Origin: Dimorphilus gyrociliatus
Lineage: Eukaryota; Animalia; Annelida
Reading direction: 5' to 3'
Assembly: GCA_904063045.1 (NCBI GenBank)
Contig: CAJFCJ010000089.1
Location: 1-45,136 of the forward strand
Length of the DNA stretch: 45,136 nucleotides
The notes beneath the pieces were generated by a model. It was given only the letters and a program-made list of their open reading frames with translations. It was not told the origin of the DNA and did no database searches. Both the position numbers and the translations under genes were made by a program. Shown here piece after piece: positions 11,680 through 22,829 of the stretch. Numbering within the stretch: the stretch's first letter is position 1; each line of letters begins with the position of its first letter.

Positions 11680-12035
11680 TTTATAGAGGACAGAGATTCA
11701 GGGACTAGAACTGATATGCTTAACCTCGATACAGTTTTTGGTAGTTTAAATTATGAAATAGAAGAATGGAAAGATGTTTCTAAAAATAAATTAATAGAAA
11801 ATATCAAACATTTCTAAATGATTGATTGACAAGAAAGACAACTAAATTAAATCCCTAATAGTAGTTATTCATGGAGGAAATAACTGTATTTTACTAAATA
11901 ATGATGATATGATATCATTTAAAGATCAATTAAGGCAACTTGGTTGAAAAAAATTCCTGATCTTGTTTTAATACCTTACGTAAGCTATCTAGGTGTTCCC
12001 AAAGTTTGCCCTCTTTCAGCAAGGGCTAAAAGGAA
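11680..12035 (+). pseudogene. Degenerate caspase-like (p20) remnant
   Basis: Fragments in shifting frames: RDSGTRTDMLNLDTVFGSLNYEIEEWKDVSKNKL, LIVVIHGG (catalytic His context) and LGVPKV(C). It has stops and frameshifts, and the QACRG motif is not intact. Confidence 0.5.
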
Positions 12036-12612
12036 CAGACTGACCGTATTAAGTGTTTAAGCAGGAACCATGGTACAATAATCCATTTTCATTTTTGCAA
12101 TCTGTGTTATTGATTGATTGATTGATTGAGTACTACTCAATTATGGTTTTAAGGGTTAGTGTTAGGGTTAATATGTACTCTTTGATAGGCGTCTTCTAAA
12201 ACACAAAATAATTGGATGAAAATGTAATTTATATGTTTCAAACAATATTTTGCTAAAGATAAAATATAAATGTAACATTTAAATATTATTATTACAATAT
12301 ATAATTCATAGATTTACTATTTGCAAATTTTCAACATCTTTAAACTGTCAAGGTCAAATTTGTTGTTTTTCTTTTTTTCTCAAAAAAATTACTACTAGAG
12401 AATAAAAGTGAATTTTTACCTTTTGAGGAGCTTTTATTATTGTGCAATTTTCTAAATTACTACTCTCTTTTCACAATATGGAATATAGGAAAAATGGAAT
12501 ATACATCCCAGTGTGACGGGAACTTAACCTTCCATGCTCAAATCCGAAATGTTTACAAGCAGTTTGAATGACATTTGAATATAAAATACTTCATATCTGA
12601 AAATTAAAATGG

Positions 12613-14105
12613 TTAACAATCTATTTTGCAATGGAAAATACTTGTAAAAACATTCAATTTACTATCAACTAGAGGATTTGTTTTAATGCAATAAGTTATG
12701 AATGCAATCGAAGATGATTGTGACCAGGTAGGTTTGCACTTCTGAATTTCATTTCCTGTATTCCATGTACAATTTGATAATGAAAATTGGTTAGAGAAAC
12801 TGTATGGATTAAACACTGGTTTGCATCTATCCTAAGTAGAAAAGGAAAAAATGAAAAATTAAAATTGACTTTTTTCAAATTTTTTTTCGCTAACCTGTCT
12901 GTATGGATGCCAAGTATTTCTATAGACTTTGCGGATGGTAAGTCTTGAATATAATCTCATATTCAAGTCTCCACAAATTGAACTCATAGCTTTATACAGA
13001 TCCTATTTTAAGCTGAATGAATCCGTAAGTTTTCGACTCATAGTAGAAAAGTATCCCTTCTGTATTCAATATCATTTTTTCAGGTCTAAGACCAAAGAAT
13101 AATTTATAAAAATCATTAGCCAAATTCCTTTGAACATCTGTAAAGAAATGAACAAATAATTGATTTGATAATTCAAGTTAAAACTATTCACCTTGTAAAT
13201 CCTAATAGCTACATTCAATTCCTCTATAATTGTTAGTATTGTCATGAGAATAGAACATCTTTGATTGATTATAATCGAATCCAATTTCTACTTTAGAGGA
13301 GATTCTTACTGAAAAAAAAAACAAAATAATGACTATATTGGATTTGGCAAAACGCCAAAAACAAAAAAAAAAACAAAAAATACTTACTTCTTCTTTTCAT
13401 AAAATATTCACCTTTATTGCAAAAGTATTTGATATCTTTTATTTTTGTTATAATCTTGTAGAGAGTGTTGTTGATAGATTTCTTGTATAGTTGAAAAGTT
13501 TCCAGCTTGGTTGTCAAGGTCACCAGATCTAATTAGTTAAAAAAGGCAAATAGAATTAAGGAGTAAGAATGTGATTTAGGGTTAAGATTAATAGAGCAAC
13601 AAACATTCAGCCTCCTTTTTAAAGCAGGTCAAACAAAGCAATGAGAAAATAAAGAGAAAAAAAATAAATCTTTTCTTCATTGAAATAATTATTTTTTATT
13701 TACAAATGTCTATTTTCTCTAAAGATGAGAGCATTTGTCCAATTTGTAATATATTTTGCTGAATCATCAAAAAATAAAAAATAATAATTGAGAATGAAAA
13801 AAGATGTCTGTAATGCAGGCTATCTAACCAGAATTTTTATCACATGGTCTTACTATAGAATGTAATCCATGGTAATTCAACATTTTGCAAAAATTATTAG
13901 TATATTTAATATTCAATTGCAAATGGACAATGAAATATTCATTCTGCAAAATTTTGCTGTAGACTTTTAACATTCCATAAGATTTTATTGAATCGGAATG
14001 AATTGTTTGTAGGCTATAACTCAGTTGAGTATTATCAAAAATATATTGATTTTCAATTGAAGATAATCTACCGCAAAAAATATTTAAAAGAATGACAATT
14101 TTCAT
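12613..14105 (-). pseudogene. Multi-exon secreted protein with divergent SRCR-like domains, damaged
   Basis: It has a hydrophobic N-terminus. The segments YGMLKVY...NNFCKMLNYHG, EGILFYYESKTYGFI...SSICGDLN and CKPV...SLSNCTW...QKC...ITYC resemble SRCR motifs. GT-AG sites bound the segments. There is at least one stop and one frameshift. Confidence 0.45.
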
Positions 14106-14203
14106 ATTTATTTTATTCTATTAGAATATTGAATAATTATTCACTTTCTGTCAATTATTTAATATACAAAAATTTTAATTGATAGAAGAAAAAAACCAAT
14201 CAT

Positions 14204-17200
14204 TTAGTTTGTATTGATTTCCTTCCTCACTTCTCTATTTCTTCGTTCAACTAGTCCATTGCTCTGGCTTCTATAAGCTGTTGTTTGGATTTTCTCAATA
14301 CCTAATACCTTCATAAACTCTTTAAAAGCTTTACCAACAAAGTTTCTTCCTTGATCTGTCAACATTTGTTTTGGAATTCCAAAAATGGGAAAAAATCTGT
14401 TGAAAAGAAGGTTTGCAATTTCTTTACTGGTTTGCTGTTTGAGTGCATATAAAACTGTGTATCTACTGAAATGATCCACTATCACAAGTATGAATCTGAA
14501 TGACTTAACCATGGGTAAGGGTCCCATTATATCCATGGCTACCAACTCCATTGGTGATGCAGGGTGAAAGGTTTCTACCAAAGGGTATACTCTACTCCTA
14601 CCATTCATTTGTTCACACAAAGTGCAATCCTTTATTGAATTCTCAATCATAATCTTTAATTTTGGGTGCCAAAAGGTCTTTGTAATTATTTGTAATGTCA
14701 TTCTGGGTCCATGGTGATTGTGAATTTTATTTTTATGGAATTTAGGGAGCAGAGTTAGCATCAAATGGTCAGGTAAAACCAGAATGTTTCTTTCTTCAAG
14801 GATAATCCAGATCATTTCCTTGTGAACAAACATCTCCATTATGAAAGGTGTAAAAGTTCCAAAATAAGGAATAGGTAGCTGACCATCCAATGTTAAATAT
14901 TCTTTAATTGATTTTAAATTCACATCTTTTTCTTGCTCTGACTGTAAGTCAACAGAAGACAAATCAATTTTCTCTTCACTGTTATCACTGGTAGCTACAA
15001 AAGTTAACTCTGGTGTATGTTCATACTGTTCCATTTTAACTGAAATAGAGGGAGAATTCTCCTTTTTGATCTTTCCATGAATTAGCTCTTCAAATGTTAC
15101 TTTCCTTGGGGGTGTATATTCTTCTAATCTTGTTAATGCATCTGCTCTATTTTTTCGTCCTGTCACATAGTTAATTGTAAATTTTAAATCCATTAAAGCC
15201 ATGACCCATTTTGCTGTGCTGACATTCAATTTGTTTTGCTTAAATGTTTGTACTAGACTCTGATGGTCAGTATATAAAAAGAATGGCTTGTCTTGAAGGT
15301 AATGTAAAAATTTCTTTACAACCCAGTAAACCCCAAATGCTTCCTTTTGATAGGCTGCATATTTCATTTGATTATTGTTGAATTGTTTTGAAGCGTAGGC
15401 AATGGGTTTCATTGTTTTCTTCCCATTCTCATCTACATAAACTTGTTCAAGAACTCCTCCTACAGCTACATTCGATGCATCTGTTGTTAAGTGAAAATCT
15501 TTAGCAAAATCAGGTAGTTGTAATACAGGAGGGTTAATTACTGCATCTCTCAACTTGAAAAATGATTGCTTGGCTTCCTCAGTCCATTGCAATTTATCCT
15601 TTTTCCCATGTAGTTTCATTAACATATACAGAGGTTTAGCTACTCTTGCAAAATCTTGTATAAATTTTCTGTAATAGCCACAAAATGCAACAAAGCTTAG
15701 TAGTGAATTTGCAAACACTGGTGGCTGTAAATTATATAATTTATCTGTCTTGGACTTATCTGTTTCAATCCCCTTTTCTGATACAATGTGTCCCAAGAAT
15801 TGAACTTGTTCTTTCAAAAACACACATTTACTTAGTTTAATCTTAAAATTGTACTTTTGAATCTGTTGAAGAATGGTCTCCAATGCTTCCCAATGTTGGT
15901 CCAGCGACTTGGTAAATATTATTATGTCATCAAGGTAGTTTAGGCACAAATGCTTTACATCCTTTAGCACAAATGAATTCATTACATAACTAAAATGAGG
16001 AGGGGCATTGGTTAATCCAAAAGGCATCTTAATAAATTCAAACAAGCCAAAAGGTGTAATAAATGCTGTTTTAGACCTATCTTCTTTCTTGATGTTAATG
16101 TGGTGGTATGCACTTGTCAAATCCATTGTAGAAAAGAATTTATTTCCTCCTCCCAAATGGTCAAAAAGATCATCTTGATTTGGCAGTGGATACTTGTTTT
16201 TAACTGTCATTTTGTTTAGTTTTCTATAATCTACACACATTCGTAGACTACCTTCCTTCTTTCTTACGAAAACAATTGGTGAAGCCCAATTGCTCTTGCT
16301 TGGTTGAATAACTTTGCTTTTTACCAATTCAGCTATCTGTTGCTTACATTCTTCTTGTTTTTGAGGAGGCATTCTATATGGCCTTTGTCTATATGGTGTT
16401 GAACCTGGTTCAAGAGTTATTTCCAAGGGTGGTACCTCTGGATTACCAATATCAAATCTGTCTTCTGCAATAGTTTCTTTATATTTTGCCAGAATTTGGG
16501 TAACTTTGTTCTTCATCTCGGGATTTTCTTGTTCAATTGTTGTCTGAAGGGTATGTATTTGACTCTCATTCTTTTTCATAATAAGAGGAACTGGGTAAAA
16601 CCCTTTGAAAGATAAGTGTTGTGTTCCAACAGGGTAATTCTTTTCTGTACCTGGCTGGAGTATAATCTGTCTCTTGCCAAAGTCAAGGGTAGCTCCATTT
16701 TGTTGTAGAAAGTCACACCCAATAATACATTGTTGTGTAATGATTTTGTTGATCAGAAAGTGTTGTTTAATAATCTTTTCATTAAAATAAAGTCTGAGAA
16801 TGATTTCTCCACATATCTCGATGCTATTTCCTGAAGCATCTCTAGCATTTTTCACAGTTTGTTCTGGGAAGGATGCTTTTCCTTGAACTTGTCTTAATAC
16901 CTTTTTTGAAATGAAAGATCTGTCACTACCAGAGTCTATCAAGGCATCAAACTTAAAACCAGTATTAGTTTCAAATTGTCCAATAAATGTTGAAGCATTT
17001 CGCTCAGATTGTTTGCTTTGTAACAGCTGACAAGTGGATTCGTCACTATCTGAAAAACAGAGAATATCTTGAACTTCGTCGTTTTCTGACATGCTTTCAT
17101 TGTCTAATGTTTCTAATTTTTGTAGCTTAGGTTCCTCTTTCAGTATCGTCTTTGCTGGTTGATTTTTCTTATAATACCTATTTGTTGTAGTTGGTGCATA

Positions 17201-18163
17201 CTTTTGGACTTTTTGGCTTGAAAACTTTTCTTTAGTAGCATTTTTGTTGTCAGGTACATGCTTTCTATTCCAGAAATTTGGGGTTTCTGTAGAAGCATCT
17301 TTTCTGATTACCTGGGTCTTTTTGGTCTCTTTTCTTTGTTGAGTTTCCAATTTTGACACCATTGTGATCGGTTTTCTTTGAGTTAGTTTTAATGAAGTTT
17401 CTGCTTGCTTAGCAGCCTCATATAGTTCTGCCAATGTTTGACATTTAGGATGTAAGGTGTACACTAAATGTAGAATATCCTGTTGTAATCCTCTTTGTAA
17501 AACTTCCATCAGTTTTATTTCTTTCATAGTTGCAAGCAATTGTGGTTCCATTGGTCTAGGTGGAGAAAACCTCTTTATCAATTTCTTTGCTCTATTAACA
17601 AACTGAACCACACTTTCGCCATTCATTTGCTTTAAGTTAAGCAATTTCTCCTGATACTCCAAAGGATCTAGATCAAATTCGTCATGGAGGGCTTTCCATA
17701 TTTCCTCCACAGTAGGCTCTCCATCCAGAGCCAACACCAAATCCTTTGCGGGACCAGTTAAATAATCTAAAAGATTTGCTTTCACAACATCTTCTCCTAT
17801 CCAACCATAAGCATAACATGCCTGATTAAAGTCTTCTTTGAATTTTGAACACTCCTTGCTTCCATCATACAACTTGAGAATAGTTCTTTGAGGGCGGTCC
17901 CAAGCAGCCCTTAATGCTTGAATTACTGTTGTGATATCAACATTTGGGTTCTGTGCTGGGTGATGTGTTCCATCTCCATGATCTGTTGGAATTGTGATTC
18001 GATTTCTTTTCATTTCACTCACCAATCTATCATAGTCTTCAATTAGTCTTTGTTGCCTTTCTGACATTCCTGCTGGCTGAATTGTAATTGTTGGAGTTGC
18101 TGGGGTTGAAGGGTTAGAGTCTGTAACTGCCCCAGTGGCGTTTCCATTTCCTCCTTCTGCCAT
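14204..18163 (-). CDS. gag-pol: Gag-Pol polyprotein in a single frame, truncated just after the integrase catalytic Glu
   Basis: ATG at 18163 (MAEGG). It contains a retrotransposon-gag capsid, PR (LIDSG at 16928-16936; IIGCDFL), RT ([11 protein letters not shown]; YLDD at 15926-15937), RNase H (TDAS..E..TDH..D) and IN (HHCC; D,D35E). Confidence 0.95.
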   Translation of the reverse strand: MAEGGNGNATGAVTDSNPSTPATPTITIQPAGMSERQQRLIEDYDRLVSEMKRNRITIPTDHGDGTHHPAQNPNVDITTVIQALRAAWDRPQRTILKLYDGSKECSKFKEDFNQACYAYGWIGEDVVKANLLDYLTGPAKDLVLALDGEPTVEEIWKALHDEFDLDPLEYQEKLLNLKQMNGESVVQFVNRAKKLIKRFSPPRPMEPQLLATMKEIKLMEVLQRGLQQDILHLVYTLHPKCQTLAELYEAAKQAETSLKLTQRKPITMVSKLETQQRKETKKTQVIRKDASTETPNFWNRKHVPDNKNATKEKFSSQKVQKYAPTTTNRYYKKNQPAKTILKEEPKLQKLETLDNESMSENDEVQDILCFSDSDESTCQLLQSKQSERNASTFIGQFETNTGFKFDALIDSGSDRSFISKKVLRQVQGKASFPEQTVKNARDASGNSIEICGEIILRLYFNEKIIKQHFLINKIITQQCIIGCDFLQQNGATLDFGKRQIILQPGTEKNYPVGTQHLSFKGFYPVPLIMKKNESQIHTLQTTIEQENPEMKNKVTQILAKYKETIAEDRFDIGNPEVPPLEITLEPGSTPYRQRPYRMPPQKQEECKQQIAELVKSKVIQPSKSNWASPIVFVRKKEGSLRMCVDYRKLNKMTVKNKYPLPNQDDLFDHLGGGNKFFSTMDLTSAYHHINIKKEDRSKTAFITPFGLFEFIKMPFGLTNAPPHFSYVMNSFVLKDVKHLCLNYLDDIIIFTKSLDQHWEALETILQQIQKYNFKIKLSKCVFLKEQVQFLGHIVSEKGIETDKSKTDKLYNLQPPVFANSLLSFVAFCGYYRKFIQDFARVAKPLYMLMKLHGKKDKLQWTEEAKQSFFKLRDAVINPPVLQLPDFAKDFHLTTDASNVAVGGVLEQVYVDENGKKTMKPIAYASKQFNNNQMKYAAYQKEAFGVYWVVKKFLHYLQDKPFFLYTDHQSLVQTFKQNKLNVSTAKWVMALMDLKFTINYVTGRKNRADALTRLEEYTPPRKVTFEELIHGKIKKENSPSISVKMEQYEHTPELTFVATSDNSEEKIDLSSVDLQSEQEKDVNLKSIKEYLTLDGQLPIPYFGTFTPFIMEMFVHKEMIWIILEERNILVLPDHLMLTLLPKFHKNKIHNHHGPRMTLQIITKTFWHPKLKIMIENSIKDCTLCEQMNGRSRVYPLVETFHPASPMELVAMDIMGPLPMVKSFRFILVIVDHFSRYTVLYALKQQTSKEIANLLFNRFFPIFGIPKQMLTDQGRNFVGKAFKEFMKVLGIEKIQTTAYRSQSNGLVERRNREVRKEINTN

Positions 18164-18201
18164 ATTTACTTTCTCAAAACTTTTGAATAAACCAAAAGAA
18201 T

Positions 18202-18219
18202 ATCCTGTCGACTGCGCCA
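18202..18219 (-). promoter_or_regulatory. Primer-binding site, tRNA-Ser
   Basis: TGGCGCAGTCGACAGGAT lies 4 nt downstream of the 5' LTR. Its complement ATCCTGTCGACTGCGCCA matches the 3' end of invertebrate tRNA-Ser(AGA/CGA) as I recall it (ATCCTRCCGACTGCGCCA), with one mismatch. Confidence 0.8.
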
Positions 18220-18223
18220 AATT

Positions 18224-18858
18224 TGTACTGCTCTTGCTGGCAAAATCTATGCGTTTGCAAGTTATAACAATACTGGTTCTACTCGAACCTTTAAACAAAT
18301 GTTTAAATTAAAATGGTTTATTCGCAATAATAATACTTAAGCAAGTAACAATATGAGAGTTCAATAGCAGAGTAGATAGTTTGTAATAGCAGGTTGCCAA
18401 ATTACCAAACTGTCTTCCAATGTTGAGGAGTAGATGGATGGTTCCAGTGGAGGTTGTTTCCAGATGATTTTCCCAGGTCCTTGGGTCCAGATGGAAGCTG
18501 CATGCCAAATGAGAATAATGAGGATTTATATACTTTGAGGTTTGTCTCTGACATCCAATCATCACTTTACAGTTGCCGAAATGTGTAGTTCATATTTATC
18601 TTTAGTAACAGGATGTTACAAGGTTCAACATTTAGGAAGGTTAATTGAATTATAACTTGGCCACACCCTAGGCAAGTTAATTAAATTATAACTTGGCCAA
18701 ACCTTTATTGGTAATTAAAGATGAACCTTCAAGCTGACTAATCAGACTTATGTTTGGCCAATGTTATAGCATTTTCTTGCGTAGGTTTTAAGATGTACAT
18801 GTATATGTTGCATAAAATAATAGAGTTCAAGCATGTAAAATATAACCAAAGTTGTACA
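18224..18858 (-). repeat. 5' LTR of copy 1 (635 bp)
   Basis: TGTAC...GTACA termini, about two substitutions versus 38100-38734, adjacent to the PBS. The outer flank is GTGA. Confidence 0.95.
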
Positions 18859-19002
18859 GTGAAGGTTAAGGGAAACTATATAAATTTTATAGTCTCTTTA
18901 TCTCGTAGTTGCATAATAGCACATTTTCGTCATTGTTACATCTTTTAAAACCCTTAAAAGAGAATATAAAGAATGATGAATTTATTGCATTCATACAATT
19001 GT

Positions 19003-19065
19003 TGATACCTCACAAATTTTGAAAAGGGGTGAAACCCACTAAGGGGTTAAATTTGTGAGGTATCA
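19003..19065. repeat. Hairpin with a 17-bp perfect stem (mini-MITE-like)
   Basis: TGATACCTCACAAATTT at 19003-19019 pairs with AAATTTGTGAGGTATCA at 19049-19065. The loop contains AGGGGTGAAACC, as in the 9195-10000 element. Confidence 0.6.
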
Positions 19066-20064
19066 TCAATAATAATTCATTTACCTTTGTTTTATTTTGG
19101 ATAGTTTCCCAAAATAATATTTCACTGAGAATTCTGTAGAATCAATATCAGAAATAAATGAAAATGTCTGACTTGAAATGAGTACAAATATTAAAAACTG
19201 GTATATTCTAAGTAACAAAATATTATATATAAAAATATAATAATAATAATATTTTGGCATTAATTCTATCTTCTATTTATTGAAAATTTGAATATTCAAA
19301 ATGCTTCAATTTTATTAAAAGCTTGGTGTACAGTTTAAATTGTCAATAAAGGTTAAAATAGAAGCAAAGAAAATTTGATCATTTTCTAAAATCTATTATG
19401 AAATCTGTAACTGATATTTAATTGATGCTTAATAAAAAAAACATTGAACAACACATGCTATATCTGCAATCATCCCTTCATTTTATTTTCCAAATTAGAG
19501 ACAAATGACGTCTTTGTTTCTAAATATACCATATGAGAAATCAGAAAAAATGTTCAGAATACCTCTCAATAACCACAATCTTAAATATCAGAAATATCTG
19601 GAAGCCTTTTCCTAAAGAAAGTTTAATATCTAATAACAACAAAATCAAATTATGATGAAAAACTTAAGAAAAAATCTTGATAAGAGTTTTTCAACAAACA
19701 AGAAAAATGATGAGAAGAGTATGATAAATGAAGAGAAAATCAAAATTAGAAAAATTTCAGCTTTGTGGTTCAGAAAATGACAGAAACACTTCCAGAAATG
19801 GCAAATGTCTTGAAAAGAAAATTGCTGAATGAGATTTATATGTTCATATTTATATATTCATTATTCATCTTGTCAAATCAGATGAATAGAATGAACTAAA
19901 TGAACTACCATATCAGTCATATGTGAAAAATTTGATAAAACATGCAAGTGTAGTTTTAAAATGAAATTAAGCTTAGAAAGTATGCTCTATCACCCTCTAT
20001 GGATATTGTTAAAAAACCCCATAGTCTTTCTGGTTTTACTTAAATCATAAATGAGACAGCCTAT

Positions 20065-20830
20065 TCAACATCTGATGCTTAAACTTTTGTTATCCTTTCC
20101 AAGAAGAGTTTTTAATGTCTGTTCTTCATAACCCAAACCACAGTTGTTGACATAAAGAGACCTCAACCTTTTTAGTGATTTTTCAGATATTTCAAAAATA
20201 TCCAAAATTCTATTTTTCATATTAGAATTCTCTGCTAAACATATTGTTTCCATTTTAGAACATTTTTGCAGAAGATTTCCCAGTTTTATGCTTTCTTCTG
20301 TTTCCAAAGAGCAGTTATTAAAGGCAATAAATTTGTAATGTTTCTGATGTTTGTTCAAGTCCTTCATTATTTAAGTTCCTTAAATAATCCATTTCTCAAG
20401 AATTCCCTGATAAATTATTTTTTCTATTTTAGAACTTTTTTCAGAAGATTTCCAAGTTTTGTGCAATGATGTTGTTCCAAAGAGCATTGTTGTAAATCAA
20501 TATACTTTAATGTTTGCGATGATTGTTCAAGTCTTTCAAAAATATCAAAGAATCCATTGCGTTTTGTATCATTATGTGATAAATCTATTGTTTCTATTTT
20601 AGTGCACTTATTAAGAAGATTCCCAATTTTTTTGCTCTGTTTTGGTTTCAGAGAATATCTGCTAACGTCAAAAAAAATCCACCCCCGGTTTCATGAATTC
20701 ATGATAACATTATTTTGGAACAATTTTTTAGAAAATTTCCACATTGTGTGGCTTGTCTTTGATTCAGACAGCAGTTGCTAACATCAATATTCTTCAATGT
20801 TTTTGCTGATTGCGCAAGTCACTTACAAAT
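20065..20830 (-). pseudogene. RI-like LRR array, frameshifted
   Basis: Units such as FIAFNNCSLETEESIKLGNLLQKCSKMETICLAENSNM, with several frame breaks upstream. Confidence 0.75.
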
Positions 20831-21339
20831 ATTAAGAAACTTTTTTTCTTGGTTTTACTACTAGTTCTATTCATTGTTTCCTTTGATCTCTAACAAAAAA
20901 CAATTTCAAGAAACTTTTCTTCTTTGATTTATATTGAAATATAAGATCTTCCTTGAATTAAAATATTTATTGAGATATATTTCAGCTTTCAAAAATTTGT
21001 AGTTCTAGAGAGATTATAGCAACAGCAACCATGCTAAAATTGTTGTTGTGACAAAGGTTTTAGAAAATGTAAAATTGTGAAATTAAAATATCTTTCCAGA
21101 TGAGGATTGACTTTGCCATTTAATATCAACTATCTTTCTGTATTCTATTGTCGTTATCTTAATTTTTATTAGCAAATAAAAGATATTTGTCAACAAGTTT
21201 ATATTAAACTTTCACAATGAACATCAAGATTTGACTAAATATGATATGTATTGAGTATTCTGACCTTTTATCTCTCATCAAATTAGCTAGAGTATTTCAA
21301 TCTTCTATATCACTTTTAAAAATGTTTCTTGTTTTTTGT

Positions 21340-21750
21340 ATATGGTTTGCTGTTATGGTTATAACTTCTATATATCCATATTGTTTCCTTACAAATTTGT
21401 AGAAAATAAAATAGACTGTTCTAAATGTAAAGACAAAATGATAGTAAAAAGAGGAAATACATGTTTAATTCCAAAAAATAATTTTAAAAACTCTTTTAAA
21501 AGGTGATATCTGATGATGAAATATGTAAAAATCATGGAAACGAACTATCAATTATTATAAAACTCACAAGGTAGACAACCTCTGTATAAAATGTTTTGAG
21601 GATGAACATTTAAACTGTCAAATGAGCACAATGCAGATTAAAAAAGAAGAAAAAGAACTTTTAGCATCCTTTTTCAAAAAGGAGAAAGATAAAAAGGTTT
21701 GTGTACTAAAAGATATTGATGCAATTGAAAAAAGTGTTTTGATAAGTTAA
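21340..21750 (+). pseudogene. Degenerate RING/B-box/coiled-coil (TRIM-like) remnant
   Basis: A RING-like tail (CYGYNFY...NKIDCSKCK) is followed by a B-box-like CKNHGNELS/YYKTHKVDNLCIKCFEDEHLNC split by a frameshift, then a K/E-rich helix. Confidence 0.45.
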
Positions 21751-21924
21751 GAACAGATTTAAAGAAATCAATCAGAAAGTGATTAAAATTTTTTCAAAGA
21801 GACAGATTTTATTAACTGACCTTCTAGCTCAAGAAGACAATAAAAATGATTGGTTAAAAACTACAACCTGACAAACAGAATAATTGCAGATGCTCCAATT
21901 ATGTTTGATGGTAAACATAACATG

Positions 21925-22480
21925 TTCAAAAGCTGCCTAGTAAGGTATGGGAATGTTTGATACAGTGGAGTAGATTAGTGAGAAAAGTTTGAGCTGCTCC
22001 AGCCAACTAAGCAAACACATTAAGAAAGAAACAATTCTTTATGTGGTCTTTAATTGTCTTTAATTTTGGATGCCAGAAGGCTTGTTCTAAGGTATGAATT
22101 GTTATATCAATACCATAATGCTCAAATAGCTGATGTTGATGAATTTGTCCAAGTAGGTTGGTTAAAGTTGATAGTGGTATTACAAGTAATGGTTGACAAC
22201 CATCTAAATACCATACTAGATCCTCTTTAACAAACATATTTTCAATGAAGTTTATATATTCATACAATGCTTCAGCATCAACATTTTCTCCCTCCAATTT
22301 CTCTACAACTTTCATCAGTGGAGTGTCTAAAATTTGTTCTGTATAGAAGTCTATTTTAACAGTTGTAGTTTTTAGTTTCATAACTTTAAATTGATTTTCA
22401 ATTGTTTCTTCATCATACTCATCATCTAAAGTATCATCTGAACAATCATCTAATTCTTCTAGATCCTCTTTATCGATATA
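21925..22480 (-). mobile_element. Diverged Gypsy pol remnant (connection region and integrase zinc-binding domain)
   Basis: FIENMFVKEDLVWY...LLVIP...IHQHQLFEHYG...AFWHPKLKTIKDHIKNC aligns with FIMEMFVHKEMIW...ILVLP...FHKNKIHNHHG...TFWHPKLKIMIENSIKDC of copy 1. PLYQTF follows downstream. Confidence 0.65.
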
Positions 22481-22540
22481 AAAGCATTTAAGCAGGGAGC
22501 CAAGTAAGAGCAGTACAATAGAATTTGTATAATGTTATTA

Positions 22541-22743
22541 TGAATTTATGGTAGGGGTCTTTAGTTATATTATGTTTCAGTTTTGCTTCCTTCTTCATCT
22601 GCTTTTTAGCCATTTGCATGTGTAGAGTAAAATAGATTCCTTCATTTGTAATCTTAAATTCTCTGGCTGGTAGTCCTTTATACCATATGCCCAATGTTGG
22701 TAATACCTTCTTTTTGATTCTTTTCTCACTGTATACATATTTT
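22541..22743 (-). mobile_element. env fragment from an older subfamily
   Basis: Clear nucleotide homology to ~39797-40000. It reads VYSEKRIKKKVLPTLGIWYKGLPAREFKITNEGIYFTLHMQMAKKQ in one frame. Confidence 0.85.
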
Positions 22744-22829
22744 TTACATTGGCATCTAAATCAAACCCAAAGTGGACAGCCCATCAGGTATTATATAATT
22801 CTGGTATACTTATATCTCTTTCTCTAACA

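Larger units (their letters stand above)
14212..18858 (-). mobile_element. Ty3/Gypsy LTR retroelement, copy 1 (5' LTR to integrase core, 3'-truncated)
   Basis: 5' LTR, PBS and gag-pol are present. It is colinear with copy 2 at offset +28560, with about four substitutions over 14212-16080. Homology stops abruptly at 14212. Confidence 0.97.

Noticed and set aside
14204-18298. BEL/Pao classification (in-frame env is known there)
   Set aside because: The RT motifs ([20 protein letters not shown]), the GPY/F module, a retrotransposon-gag capsid and the absence of BEL-type triple zinc knuckles indicate Ty3/Gypsy.
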